This document shows positions 23,528 through 35,649 of a stretch of DNA of 64,000 nt, in pieces. This DNA comes from Felis catus. Taxonomy: Eukaryota. The stretch is from assembly GCF_018350175.1 (NCBI RefSeq), contig NC_058374.1:82274001-82338000 (forward strand), in the 5' to 3' direction. Made by a program: the position numbers and the translations under genes. The notes under the pieces were generated by a model. It was not told the DNA's origin, made no database searches, and saw only the letters and a list, made by a program, of their open reading frames with translations. Each line of letters opens with the position of its first letter. Within the stretch, counting starts at the first letter, position 1.

Positions 23528-24127
23528 GTAAGCAGGGCACTGGGAGCTGGGTGCTATGAGAGGAGTATCCAGGTGTTGCATGTATTGATAAGTCAAAGCT
23601 TTTCATGTGTTTCCTCACACATTATCCCCTCTGACCCTCCACAATTCCCAGGTGGACCACGGTGGGTGTTGGCCCCACTGGTAAAATAGAAAACAGGTGA
23701 GATACTCAGCATCCCACAGTAAGTTTAGGGCCACCAGGACTAAAATGTGGGGCTCTTTGCCCCATGTGTTTCAAAAAATAAGGCCCAGTTTACATTTAGA
23801 GAATTTAGATGTCCCTGGCTTAGCGGGAGAGGTGACTGCGAACCAGATCCCTCTGCTCCCGTGCAGCAGGCCTGCACACAGGACCCCGCTAATCTGATTT
23901 TAGTTAAGTTAGCAACAAATATAGGGTCTGCCTCAATCTTTGCTTCGCTTAGATGAGCCATAGTTTGCTAATTACCCGCCCAGCAGATAATTTCTCAATA
24001 TGCTCAGACCAGACTTCCAGTGAGGGAGGGGAGGATATTAGGGGCAAGAGTTTAAGAGCCAGAGTAAACTAGACAAGTTTTCCTGCCCAGTCTCGGCTGC
24101 CACCTGCAGGTCACTTGGGCTCTGGCC

Positions 24128-24437
24128 ATGTGGCTGCCTCTGCTGCTGGGAGTCTTGGTCTGGGCAGCGCTGTGGTTGTTCAGGGACCGACAGAGCCTGC
24201 CCGCCAGCGATGCTTTCATCTTCATCACCGGCTGTGACTCAGGCTTCGGGCGGCTTCTGGCACTGAGACTGGACCAGAGAGGCTTCCGAGTCCTGGCCAG
24301 CTGCCTGACCCCCTCAGGGGCAGAGGACCTACAGCGCGTGGCCTCCTCTCGCCTCCACACCACCCTGCTTGATGTCACTGAGCCCCAGAGTGTCCAGCGG
24401 GCAGCCAAGTGGGTGGAAACACATGTTGGTGAAGCAG
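24128..24437 (+). CDS. RDH5: 11-cis retinol dehydrogenase, first coding exon
   Basis: [18 protein letters not shown] signal anchor, SDR motif TGCDSGFG; 310 nt; donor G|gtgagt. Confidence 0.97.
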
Positions 24438-24441
24438 GTGA

Positions 24442-24852
<411 letters not shown>

Positions 24853-25549
24853 TAAGGGGTGCAGAGCCCTGGGCTGCCCGGCAGAGATGACTAAAACACT
24901 GCAGAGTGCGATACTGAAGAGGAGACAGCTGAGGGCTTAGCTTTGTGGCTTCAGACGCCAGCCGTCTCTCATGGGTGCTTTGTGACCTTGATAGGTTACT
25001 TCTCTTTTCCCCCAGTTTATTCCCTACCTGTTAAATCAAAATGAGAAGACCTGCCTCATGGGTGTTGTGAGTGGAATGAGGTACATGGAAGGCCCCAACA
25101 GAGACTGGCTTGTAGAAAATGCCCCAAGAAGCCTGCTGTCATTATTAGTATTATTATTAATAACTGTTACTTGTGATGAGCTAGTACCTTTGTGGAACAT
25201 TTTCTCATTTCTTCCAGCAACCTTATAAGGGATTAGGTATTGATATCCTCAGGGTAATATAACTTACCCAAGTTATTACCCAAGACCACACAACTAGTTA
25301 GTAGAAATGCGGGGACTTGCCCCCAAGTCTGCTTGCCTGGTCACTACATTCTCCCATCCCTCATCTTTAAGCAATAATGTCCAAAGTCCCTTGAGAGCAC
25401 AAAGGAGACTTGACAAGTACCACATGAGACCAGAGCCTGAATTCTGATCAGTACAAGTACCCCCCAGCCAGCCTATCTTCTGTAGGAAGCCTGCCTTCAT
25501 CACCTTCACTCAGCAGTGAATTTAAATTATATACCTTTGCGGGGGGGGG

Positions 25550-25755
25550 GGGTTGTTTTTTGTTTTTTTTAAGAGAGAGCATGCATGTGCGTGCACAAGT
25601 GGAAAAGGGGCAAAGAGAGAGGGAGAATCTTAAGCAGACTCCATGCCCAGCACAGAGCTTTCGATGCAGGCAGGGCTCGATCTCCCGACTGAGATCATGA
25701 CCTGAGCCGAAATGAAGAATCTACCACATAAGCGACTGAGCCACGCAGGCGTTCC
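25550..25755 (-). mobile_element. Can-SINE in RDH5 intron
   Basis: Ends GACTGAGCCACGCAGGCG (reverse-complement head); T tract at left. Confidence 0.75.
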
Positions 25756-25949
25756 CTATCCTTGGGTCTTTTCATTTTCCACTCAGCATCATGGAACACA
25801 GACTTTATACTTGGATTTCTGCATCCATGTCAAGGGAGTTGGATGTATCCCTGCAGTCTCCGCAGCAAACACCAATCTACTCCCTTCATGTCCAGCACTC
25901 AAGATTCCATGCTGTGTTCTGGGACCTAGGGAAAGGGGTTCTTCTAGCT

Positions 25950-26567
25950 CAGGAGTTGGTAAACTGGTTCTTAAGCCAAATCTGGTCAGTAGCCTACAAG
26001 CTAATAATGGTATTTACATTTTTAAATGGTTACACTGTAAGTGATTATAGAAGTACCTATCTGAGGGCACCTGGGTGGCTGTCAGTTAAGCTTCCGACTT
26101 CAGCTCAGGTCATGATCTCCAGGTTCGTGAGTTTGAGCCCTGTGTCAGGCTCTGTGCTATCGAAGTAGAGCCTGCTTCATATCCTCTGTTTCCCTCTTCT
26201 CTGCCCCTCCTCCACTCACACTCTATCTCTCTCCCTCAAAAATAAACACCTTTTAAAGTACCAGGGCACCTGGATGGCTCAGTTAAGGATCCAACTTCAG
26301 CTGAGGTCATGATCTCACAGCTTGTGGGTTTGCACCCCACGTCAGACTCTGTGCTGACAGCTCAGAATCAGGAGCCTGCTTCAGATTCTGTCTCCATCTC
26401 TCTCTGCCCCTCCCTCCCCCCTCAAATACAGACATTTAAAAAAATGTAAAAATAAAAAAAGTACCTACATGATTATCATTAATTTTTATGTCTGCGATGC
26501 CAAAAGTATTTACTGCCTGGCCCTTTAAGAAGTTTACTGACCCCCCCCCCCCCCCCCCGCACTCTAG
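25950..26567. mobile_element. MER58-like hAT/Charlie fossil split by two plus-strand Can-SINEs (26064-26250, 26263-26460)
   Basis: CAGGAGTTGGTAAACT start and TATTTACTGCCTGGCCCTTTA...GTTTACTGACCCC end, with TCTAG-containing flanks. Confidence 0.6.
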
Positions 26568-26765
26568 ATCATAGAATACAAAGGAAACCTCAAAAATACC
26601 TGTCCCACTTGTCCCCATCCCAGGACAGCAGGGATCTCCTTTACCATCAGGACCCCTGTCCCTGGCCTGTGATAACTTCCCCATTTTAGCCCCCATACCC
26701 ATGTCTCAGAAGATCCCTTTCCTATAGAGCAAGAACCCAAAAACCTCCGGTCTACTCCCATCCAG

Positions 26766-26929
26766 GCGGGATGTGGCTCCTTTTGGTGTCCGAGTCTCCA
26801 TTGTGGAGCCTGGCTTCTTCCAAACCCCTGTGACAAACCTGGAGAGTTTGGAGAACACGCTGCAGGAGTGCTGGGCACGGCTACCTCCTGACACACAGGC
26901 CCACTACGGGGAGGCCTTCCTTACCAAGT
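26766..26929 (+). CDS. RDH5: RDH5 third coding exon
   Basis: [24 protein letters not shown]...YGEAFLTK; 164 nt. Confidence 0.96.
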
Positions 26930-26933
26930 GTGA

Positions 26934-27440
<507 letters not shown>

Positions 27441-27514
27441 ATCCAGCCTTCCAGCAAAAGATTGTTTCAGTCCCCACCCAGGTACTGCCTGGTACTGGTA
27501 CAAAATAAGTACTG

Positions 27515-27520
27515 AATAAA
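27515..27520 (+). terminator. RDH5: RDH5 poly(A) signal
   Basis: AATAAA about 75 nt after the stop. Confidence 0.8.
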
Positions 27521-27549
27521 TGTGTATTGTTAAAAAAAAAAAAAGCACC

Positions 27550-27771
27550 GGGGGGGCGCCTGGGTGGCGCAGTCGGTTAAGCGTCCGACTTCAGCCAGGT
27601 CACGATCTCGCGGTCCGTGAGTTCGAGCCCCGCGTCGGGCTCTGGGCTGATGGCTCGGAGCCTGGAGCCTGTTTCCGATTCTGTGTCTCCCTCTCTCTCT
27701 GCCCCTCCCCTGTTCATGCTCTGTCTCTCTCTGTCCCAAAAATAAATAAAAAACGTTGAAAAAAAAAATTT
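27550..27771 (+). mobile_element. Young felid Can-SINE (SINEC_Fc-like) with TSD
   Basis: CpG-intact GGGGCGCCTGGGTGGCGCAGTCGGTTAAGCGTCCGAC head, (CT)n tract, A tail; flanked by T(A)nGCACC on both sides (27531-27549, 27772-27784). Confidence 0.93.
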
Positions 27772-27974
27772 TAAAAAAAGCACCAGAAGTGGGCAGAAAT
27801 GGAGTTGCCCACTGGGGGACTGACCCCATTTAAGTGCTCGCCCCTAGGCTGATTTAATGCCCAGGGTCTCTGGCCTGTTTAATGCCTGCAAAACAACTAG
27901 CAACTAGCGGGAAGGGGGACAGAGGCTAAGGGAACTGGCTTGTGACTAGGTGCTCTTTGAAGCACATGGAAGAA

Positions 27975-27993
27975 TGGCCACCAGATGGCACTA
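27975..27993 (+). promoter_or_regulatory. CTCF motif between the convergent RDH5 and CD63 3' ends
   Basis: TGGCCACCAGATGGCACTA closely matches the CTCF consensus TGGCCACCAGGGGGCGCTA. Confidence 0.7.
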
Positions 27994-28654
27994 TTGGACA
28001 TGTATTTTCTACAAGGAGTCAAGTTGCAGCTCAGTGTTGGGAGTGCAAATGGCCTTTACCTGCTTTTCTTGGGAGGGACAGAAGGTGGTGAGGAGGGGTC
28101 AGGGCCAGGCTGGGTGGTTTCCATTGGGGAAAAAAGGCAATACCCACTTCGGTTGTCTTCTATTATCTAAGTCCAGAAAGATGGATACTGGCCACAAAGG
28201 TGTCATAGCAACTTGTCACCAGCCTGAAAGGAGCCAGGTGCCCTTTGTTGGGGAGGGAGTTGCTGGGCCCTCAGAGGTGGGCAGAAGGCCAGGGAAAAGA
28301 TGTCCATGGTAAATCTGGGCTGGCCTCTCCCAGACAGAACCTTTGTGGGGAACCCCCTGACTTTTGAAGGAGTTGGCTTCATGAACATTGCAGCACATGG
28401 CTAGGAGACAGGGAGGACAATGGGCCACAGCCTCCAGATCCCCCTTCCACTGCTAGCCCCACTAACGCCTTCAGCAAAACCCGCCTTTCCAAAACCAAAA
28501 CATCCCTCCCCCTGCCCCCTAAAATTAGCCTTTCTTGCCCAAGGTGCAAATACAAGGTCCCACAGGACAGGAACACGGTGGAAGAGAGGGAAAGGATAAA
28601 GTATCATTCTTCAAGACAAACTGAGACTTTTTTTCAGTCTGAAAAAATAATCAG

Positions 28655-28660
28655 TTTAAT
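28655..28660 (-). terminator. CD63: CD63 poly(A) signal (ATTAAA variant)
   Basis: TTTAAT on plus = ATTAAA on minus, about 60 nt after the stop. Confidence 0.7.
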
Positions 28661-28721
28661 TGAAAAACCTGGAGTGTGCTACCCCACTCCCTTAGATGAG
28701 GGGGCTGAAGCGACCAGACCC

Positions 28722-28787
28722 CTACATCACCTCATAGCCACTTCGGATGCTCTTCACGAGGCAGCACGCAAAGATAATTCCCAGTAC
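28722..28787 (-). CDS. CD63: CD63 last exon
   Basis: VLGIIFACCLVKSIRSGYEVM*; ends in the GYEVM lysosomal YxxPhi signal. Confidence 0.96.
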   Translation of the reverse strand, partial: VLGIIFACCLVKSIRSGYEVM

Positions 28788-28964
28788 CTAAAAGCAAAGA
28801 TAGAGGGGTGGAGAAGAGTCAGAAAGGCAAAGTATCCCAGACCCACCCAAGAGACCCCAAACACAACCAGGGCCCTCATCTCCAGGCCAGTACCTCCTCA
28901 GCACCTCTTCCCACTGCCCCTACTGCTCAGATGCCCCAGAATGAGTCCAAAAGATGCCTCTCAC

Positions 28965-29048
28965 CTCCACAAAGGCAATGCCCAAGGCTGCTGCAGCCAC
29001 CACCAGCACATTGCTCCTCAGCCAGCCCCCAATCTTCTCCACACAGCC
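28965..29048 (-). CDS. CD63: CD63 exon
   Basis: GCVEKIGGWLRSNVLVVAAAALGIAFVE; 84 nt. Confidence 0.96.
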
Positions 29049-29289
29049 CTGAAGGGTAGTAGCCACACAAGGCAAGAACACAATCAGAAATTTCCCACCC
29101 ACCTCCTGGGTCCTTTGATCTGCACGCTCTGTATCTTTCACCCTGCCTCTGGGAATCTGGGCATTCCCAGATACCGACCCTCCCCATCCCAAAACCCCGA
29201 CCCTCTCCACCTCCATCCCTGGTCCCTCTCAACTCTTGAAACATTTCCCAGGTTTCCCAAGTCCCCTGTTCTCTCAACTTCCCCCTTAC

Positions 29290-29430
29290 CTCTTCGTGGA
29301 TCTCCTTCACCTTGAAAGAAATCCCACAGCCCTGTGTGACATTGACGCAGCAGGAGTCCGGGACTCGGGCCTTGGACATGAGAGGGATGCTCTCCCAGTC
29401 TGTGTAGTTAGCTGCCCCGCAGCATTTAAA
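29290..29430 (-). CDS. CD63: CD63 exon (large extracellular loop)
   Basis: FKCCGAANYTDWES...VPDSCCVNVTQGCG...EIHEE; tetraspanin CCG and PxSCC motifs; 141 nt. Confidence 0.97.
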
Positions 29431-29542
29431 CTGCACGAGAGGAGAAATACCAGGCAGAAGGTTATTGCGTGAACATCCACCTTCAATATGAAGATGAGAA
29501 TCTTCTTCCCCCACTACCCCTGCTCCCAGAAACCTCACTCAC

Positions 29543-29638
29543 ATCTTCCTGCATCCTGTCCACAATCGAAACCGTGTGGTTGTTTTTTGGATAATTCTGC
29601 ATCTGCTGCCGGAAGTCCTTATTAAATTCTGACATCAC
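29543..29638 (-). CDS. CD63: CD63 exon
   Basis: VMSEFNKDFRQQMQNYPKNNHTVSIVDRMQED; 96 nt. Confidence 0.95.
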
Positions 29639-29737
29639 CTGGGAATTGGAAGGAGCATTGTTGAGGTCAAACTAAGGCAAACGGGTCCCAGAGCAGCCAG
29701 ACCTCTGAGGCAGGGCCCTCCCCTTTTCCCTGCTTAC

Positions 29738-29812
29738 CTTGTCTCTAAACACATAGCCAGCAATGGCTACAGCCACCTCCACCAGCATGATAAGAGACAG
29801 GAAGATGGCAAA
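29738..29812 (-). CDS. CD63: CD63 exon (TM3)
   Basis: FAIFLSLIMLVEVAVAIAGYVFRDK; 75 nt. Confidence 0.96.
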
Positions 29813-29987
29813 CTGCAGGCACAATGGGCAAGGGTCAGGTTTGGAGTCTTGGTGAGAGCGGCCTGCTGTGGCCCAGCCAGCCTCTAGCTCCTTCATAAAG
29901 GTTTTCCTCACCCACCTCCTAAGCCCCCACAGTAGAAGTGCCCTCCCAGCAGTCCCAGACACCCATGCTGGCCCCCACTGTGCTCAC

Positions 29988-30176
29988 CGTGACCATAAGA
30001 CAGTAGTTCTCCTTGCAGGCCCCACAGCAGCCCACGAAGGCCACCAGGAAGAGGAAGGCACCCACTGCGATGATGACCACAGGCAACAGGGAGCCAGGAG
30101 TGGCCCCCTGGACAATGGTCTGCCTCAGGACCAGCTGGGCCCCTACACCCACGGCGATCAATCCCACTGCACAGGC
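29988..30176 (-). CDS. CD63: CD63 exon (TM1 end, TM2)
   Basis: ACAVGLIAVGVGAQL...FVGCCGACKENYCLMVT; 189 nt. Confidence 0.96.
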
Positions 30177-31051
30177 CTGCGAGGAGGGCAGGTCAGGGTT
30201 AGGCCAGACCCACGACCTAGCAGACCTCCGTGACAGAGGGCAGCAGCTGCACCCAGGACACAGACTTAGTCCCATCCCAGAGAGACAGATTCTCACACCT
30301 GGGAGAATATGGTGTGGGATGACCCATATTTGCCCCACAGTTTGATCAAAGGCCGAAAGAGGAGTTCCCAGAAAGCCTTGACCCCAGGGCACATATTTCT
30401 AACCTAGAGTGGTGCTTCCTGTGGGCCTCTAGGGCTCCCAGAATTGCCATCTCACTATCTTCCAATGGCCACCCCCTCCTCCTCAGCTGTGACTAAGGTT
30501 CCTCAGGCCCACAAGGCCAAGGAGGAGAAGGGAGAAGGAAAAGAGGTAAGAGTGGTGAGCTCCTCCCTGGACATAGAGCAGTCTCTCAAGCCAGGACCCC
30601 AGGGCAGGAGCAAATTGTGGCCGGCTGAGCCCTTCCCCACCCCGAAGCGGTGAGAGGGATGAGGGAATGGAAAGGAATGAGGGGGTAGGGGAGAAGGGTG
30701 GGGAGGAGGGGGAAGCCCCAAGGCGATAGCATCAGGCCGGCCGTTGGCTGGTTGCCCCATTGCCCGGTATCACAAGTGGTTGGTTGGGTCACCAGACAGG
30801 AAGGGCCAGAAGGGGCGAGGGGGAGGGTGCTACGCACCCACGCAGTCCATTCTTGGTCCAAACTAGCCTCAGAGGTCCCTGAAAGCTGGAGGGGGTGGGG
30901 TGGCCCTGCTGTCTTCGGCCCGTTTCCCGGGCTCTCCTTCCACATCTGGTCTCCAGCTGCCTTCATTCGTGGCCCCCCAGCCCTCACCACTCCGGATCCC
31001 GGTCTCCCCACACCCTGCCAGCGCGCCCCGATCATCCCCCATCCCACTCAC

Positions 31052-31117
31052 GCAGAAGGCCAGCAGAAGAACGTAGAGCAAGAACTTGACACATTTCATT
31101 CCTCCTTCTACCGCCAT
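31052..31117 (-). CDS. CD63: CD63 first coding exon
   Basis: MAVEGGMKCVKFLLYVLLLAFC with Kozak GCAGCCATGG; acceptor at 31129/31128; total 717 nt = 238 aa. Confidence 0.97.
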
Positions 31118-31723
31118 GGCTGCCGGGCCTGGGGCAGAGGGGAGGGCAGGGGGATCAGAACCGGCCGAGGTAGGGGACCTCGGTTGCAAAGCTCCCCGCC
31201 GGCCCTCGAGGCCTTCCCTGCTCGGCCCCCTTTCCCGGCCCCTCCCACCCGGAAACCCGCGGTCGGATCCACGTCTCCCAGCCCCCTCTTCTTCCAGGCT
31301 GGAGAGGGGTGGGGGCGACCGCAGCGAAGCCCGGACCTGCCCCGCAGCCTCCCGGGCCCCGGGGCAAGATCCCAGGGCGCCGACAGAGGCCGGAGCCCGA
31401 CGCCCACCCTCGGCCCGCCAGCCCCCCGGCGCCCAACACCCCCTCCCCACCCCGCCAGTCCCTAAAACAATGGTCCTCGGCCAAGCGCGACCCCCAGCCG
31501 CCTTCCCCTGCTCCTTGACCACCCCCAAAACAGAAGCGCGACCAGCTCGCCACCGCACCCCGCCTGGGCCTCTGGAACTTTTCAAAGTTGCAAAGTTTGT
31601 AGGGCCTCGGGCGCGCCCGGGAGCACGGCGGATCTCCGGGGGGCCGGGCCGAGCCCCGGAGAAGGGAGCTGCCAGCGACCACCCACCCGGAGCCGAGGCT
31701 GGCCGTGGGCCCCGAGGCCTCAC

Positions 31724-31790
31724 CTGGGCTCCCCGACGGTATGCGCTCCTCTCCCGCCGCGGCTCAGGGGCTCTCTAGCGGCGCCCCCGG
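31724..31790 (-). other. CD63: Probable non-coding first exon of CD63
   Basis: Donor CAG|GTGAGG at 31724/31723 directly downstream of GC boxes; upstream limit approximate. Confidence 0.6.
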
Positions 31791-32200
31791 CTGCGGCCCC
31801 GCCCGCCGCGCGGCCCCGCCCCGGCCTCCAGCCACAGCCCCCTCCCCCGCCACCTCCCCCGCCCAGTGGCCGCCTGCCTCCCTCATGTGACGCGGTAACA
31901 GCTGCGGCCTGAGTCACCCGGCCGGCGAGGGGAGGGCCGAGCCCCCCGCCCGGCCAAGGCCACGTGGCCCCTACCCAGAAGACGGCGCCCACCCCCGAGA
32001 GGGGAGGCCACCGAGGGCAGGACCTCGGGGTGCCTGGGGCCCTTCTGGCGTCCCCGTCCCCATACCACCTCGGACTGGGAGAGCGGGACCGAGCGGCGCC
32101 AGATTCTCTCTGGTTCAGGGAAGCGGAGGAAGCGTGTGCAAGCCAAGCAGGCGTGAGCGGCCCGGAGTTACACTCTGAGCGCCCGGACCGAGCAACCGAG
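31790..32200. promoter_or_regulatory. CD63: CD63 CpG-island promoter with M-box/E-box and AP-1 sites
   Basis: TCATGTGA at 31883-31890, TGAGTCA at 31910-31916, GGCCACGTGGCC at 31958-31969, multiple GC boxes. Confidence 0.75.
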
Positions 32201-33814
32201 CTGAGGCAAGGTGACGGAATGGTCTTCAAGAGGCCGCTTCATCCTGCACCCGGAGCCCACCTTCCTCTGGCTCCATCTCTATTGAAGCCCCCATCCCCAT
32301 CCCCGAGTCGGCAGAGGGCGCTGTTAGATCCCTTGGATCGGGTGGGGTCAGAATAAACACTTCCAGAAAGTCCCTGGCCTCACATCCTGGGAGTCCCCCA
32401 ACATTCTAGAGTGGGTATTCCGGTCCCCCTTCTGTTAGTCCCTTTCTCCATATTCTGGGGCTCCGGAGTAGTGGGCTGAGCACGGGAAGAAGCCAGTCAA
32501 TCATGACGCGCCAGAGTCTGGTTCCTCCCTCTGGGGGTGGGTTGACAAGGTCTGTGCTCCCACCACCCCCACTCCCTGATGAGCTTCTTATCGGGTGGAG
32601 GCCTGGGGGAGGACACTAAAGCAGGCATGGCATCTATCTTATGGATCTCCCATCCCATACCACAGGCAGCACTTCATATCCCAGGGGTCAAAGCCAGATG
32701 AGGGCTGGAAGGGGCTCAAGCTGCCTCCCTCCATTGTGTGCCATAGTGGACCCCAGGAGGAGCTGTGTGAACCTCCAAGGACAGAACCAGCCATGACTCC
32801 AGGCTCCCCCAAGCCTGGGCCCCACGCCCGAGGTTCTTCTGGTCCTGACTTAAGAACCACTTCCTGAGTCTTAGTATGTGTACACAAAGAAGGAAAGAAA
32901 CTGTTAACAGCCAAAGGAAAGAGATCTGGGCTGGGCTGAGAACCAGTTAACAGAATCACAACCTTCCAGCAAGGCACACCAAGCCCATTCTGAACCTTGC
33001 TCCCCAGTTACCACAGTAGGCAGGCAGCGGAAGAGGAGAGAAGATGCTGGAAAAAGTATTCATCTGTTTATTGTGCTGCCACTAGATGCCAGGCATGTGC
33101 TATGCACAGGAGATGGAGAGGGCGGACAAGGGAAGGAAGACAGTGGCACTGACCTCGATCAACAGACAGAGCCAAGTCCACACTGTAATAGGCAGAGACA
33201 GAAACCCCTGGTGGTAGGTGGACAAGCTCAGAGGGAGGGGCAGGTGGTATCTCTCCCCCAGAGGAGAAAGAGAAAGAAGAGATTTCAGACTTCTTATCAC
33301 AAAGGTGGGTGGTACTCTCTGAGATGACCTTAGAGAATAAAGAAACAAGCTCTCAGTTCCAGGGACCAGGAAAGAGCCAAGTATAAAAAAGGAATATTTT
33401 TAAAAGCCCAGGGCAGGCTGGGGTTGGCTAGCTCAAAGGGTTCAGGAAGGATGTGGTGAAAAATGGACAGGACAGTGGTCTGAAGTTAAGATTGAGAAAC
33501 TTTAGATGGATAACAACCAAGTATAACGCTTGGTCTTTGATTAAATCTTTGAACAAATGAACTGTGAAAGACATTTTGAGAACAACTGGGGGAGTTTGAA
33601 CATGGACTGAGAATTAGACATGAAAAAAATAATTTTGTTAGCTATGATGATGGTATGATTATATAAGAAAATTATTTTTTAAAGATGCATACTAAAATAT
33701 TTAAGAGTGATGTGATAGCTGTATTTGCTTTGGAATACTTCACTAAACAGATGCAGCAAAAAGCAGAGAGTCTAGGTGATAGGACCATTGACAGCCTAGA
33801 AGGCTATATTGGGT

Positions 33815-34240
33815 ATTTTTTTTTTCTTTTAAGTAAACCTTATGCCCAATGTGGGGCTCAGACTCATAACCCCAAGATCAAGAGTCACATCCTCTACGGA
33901 CTGAGCCACCCAGGCACGCCAATGTTCTAAAGGCAGTGGGGAATGTTCTAAAGGCGGTGGGGAGTTTTCGAGAGGTTGAACATCTTGGGGCTGGTCCTAC
34001 ATTGAAATAAGGAGGAATGAATGGCAGGTAGCCCAGAAGATCTTTGAGACATCACTGCCACCATCCAAGGGAGCGTTAATGAAGGCTGGAACCACAGGGT
34101 GCCTGTGTGGCTCAGTCGGCTAAGCATCCGACTCTTGATCTCAGCTCAGATCTTGATCTCAGGGTTGTGAGTTCAAATCCCACACTGGGCTCCGTGGTGG
34201 GGGTGAAGCCTACTTAAAAAAAAAAAAAGAAAAAGAAAAA
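33815..34240. mobile_element. Two short Can-SINEs (33815-33920 minus, 34096-34240 plus)
   Basis: tRNA-derived heads with A/T tails. Confidence 0.7.
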
Positions 34241-35149
34241 GGAGCCTGGAACCCTGGAAAAGAGGGAAGTCTGAGTGGCATTTCAGAGGGCAAATAAAGG
34301 ACTGGGTGACTGCCTACCTGTGGAAGGGGAGAGTAAGTGGGAAAAGTCCGAAACAACTCAGAGCTTCCAGACCTGGGCACCAGGGGGGGAAGTGGTGGTC
34401 ACCCAAGACAGGAGGCACCCACAAGGGGCATCCAGAAATTGGAGATGTGAAACTCAGAAGAGAGGAGCAGTCAGACTAGAGATAAAAAATGATATTTAAA
34501 TTCATAGATGGATGAGGACCAGAGCAAGAGAAGAAAACAAAGAGCCTCAGGGAACCCTTATTTTCAGGCACATGTGGGAGGGGTCAGTATCCAGTAAAGG
34601 AGCCAAAAGGACCCCCACACTCTACCAGGCTCAGTACTGGCATTATACACATTAGCTCATTTGACCCTCAGAACAACCCTTTGAGATCTGTATGATTTGT
34701 CCTGTTTTAGAGATAGGATACTGAGATTCTATGATAGGGAATGACATGCCCAGAGTCCAAACCAATAATCACCAGTGTTAGAATCTGAACCCAGATCTCT
34801 CAGGGTTCCAAGGCCTGTGTTCTTCCACTTTTCTTTTGGGAGTTGGGAGAAAAGAGAACTTCACAGCAAGAGGAGGGACAGCGGCCAGAAGCATCAAATA
34901 GTATAGAAAGGTCAACTTGGGTGAGAAACAAGAGAAAACCGTTAGATGGGGTGGTCTTCTCCAGAGCAGTGTCAGGGCAGGATCTGGAGCACCTGCTGGG
35001 CCTGAGAAGGGAGGAGAGGGAGGTGGAGACGTCCAGGTGGGCAGGGGCAGAGCTGAGGTGAATGTCGGGAGAGGAATTCCAGATTAGGGCCAGAGAGACC
35101 CCTGGAAAACAGCCAGTGTGGTGCTGGTAGCGGGAGGACAAGAAAAGCC

Positions 35150-35550
35150 CACACCGAGTCAAGTTCATGGAGACAGATAGTAGAAAGTTTGTTGCCAGGG
35201 GCTGGAAGGAGGGAGGAATGGGGAGTTAGGGGTCAATGTGTTTCAGTTTGGGAAGATGAAAAAGTTCTGGAGATAGATGGCCATGATGGTTGCATACCAC
35301 GGTGAATGTACTTAGAACTGTACTCTCTTTTTTTGTAAGTTTATTTATTTATTTTGAGAGAGGGAGGGGCAGAGAGAGGGAGACAATCCCAGCACAGAGC
35401 CCGACGCAGAGCTCAAACCCACGAACCATGAGATCATGACCTGAGCAGAGATCGTCAGTTGCTTAACCAACTGAACCACTCAGGTGCTCCTGACCTGTTC
35501 TCTTAAAAATGGTTCAACTGGTAGATTTTATGTCATCTGTATTTTAACAC
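35150..35550 (+). mobile_element. L1M 3' fragment containing a minus-strand Can-SINE (35326-35490)
   Basis: GTTGCCAGGGGCTGG...GATGAAAAAGTTCTGGAGATAGATGG L1 3' UTR signature. Confidence 0.7.
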
Positions 35551-35649
35551 ACACGCACACGCACATGCACACACATACACACAAATGGCCTACCCCCTAG
35601 TCTGGAAAGTTGGCATATAGCCCTGTGCCCCTCTGAGTGGGGAAGCAGC

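Noticed and set aside
28578-29315. 245-aa plus-strand ORF antisense to CD63
   Set aside because: Crosses CD63 exons and introns, has no recognisable domain and no ATG at its annotated start.
30698-32356. Long ORFs around the CD63 promoter, including an apparent N-terminal extension of CD63
   Set aside because: CpG-island artefacts; an acceptor 11 nt upstream of the Kozak ATG shows the upstream frame is intron.
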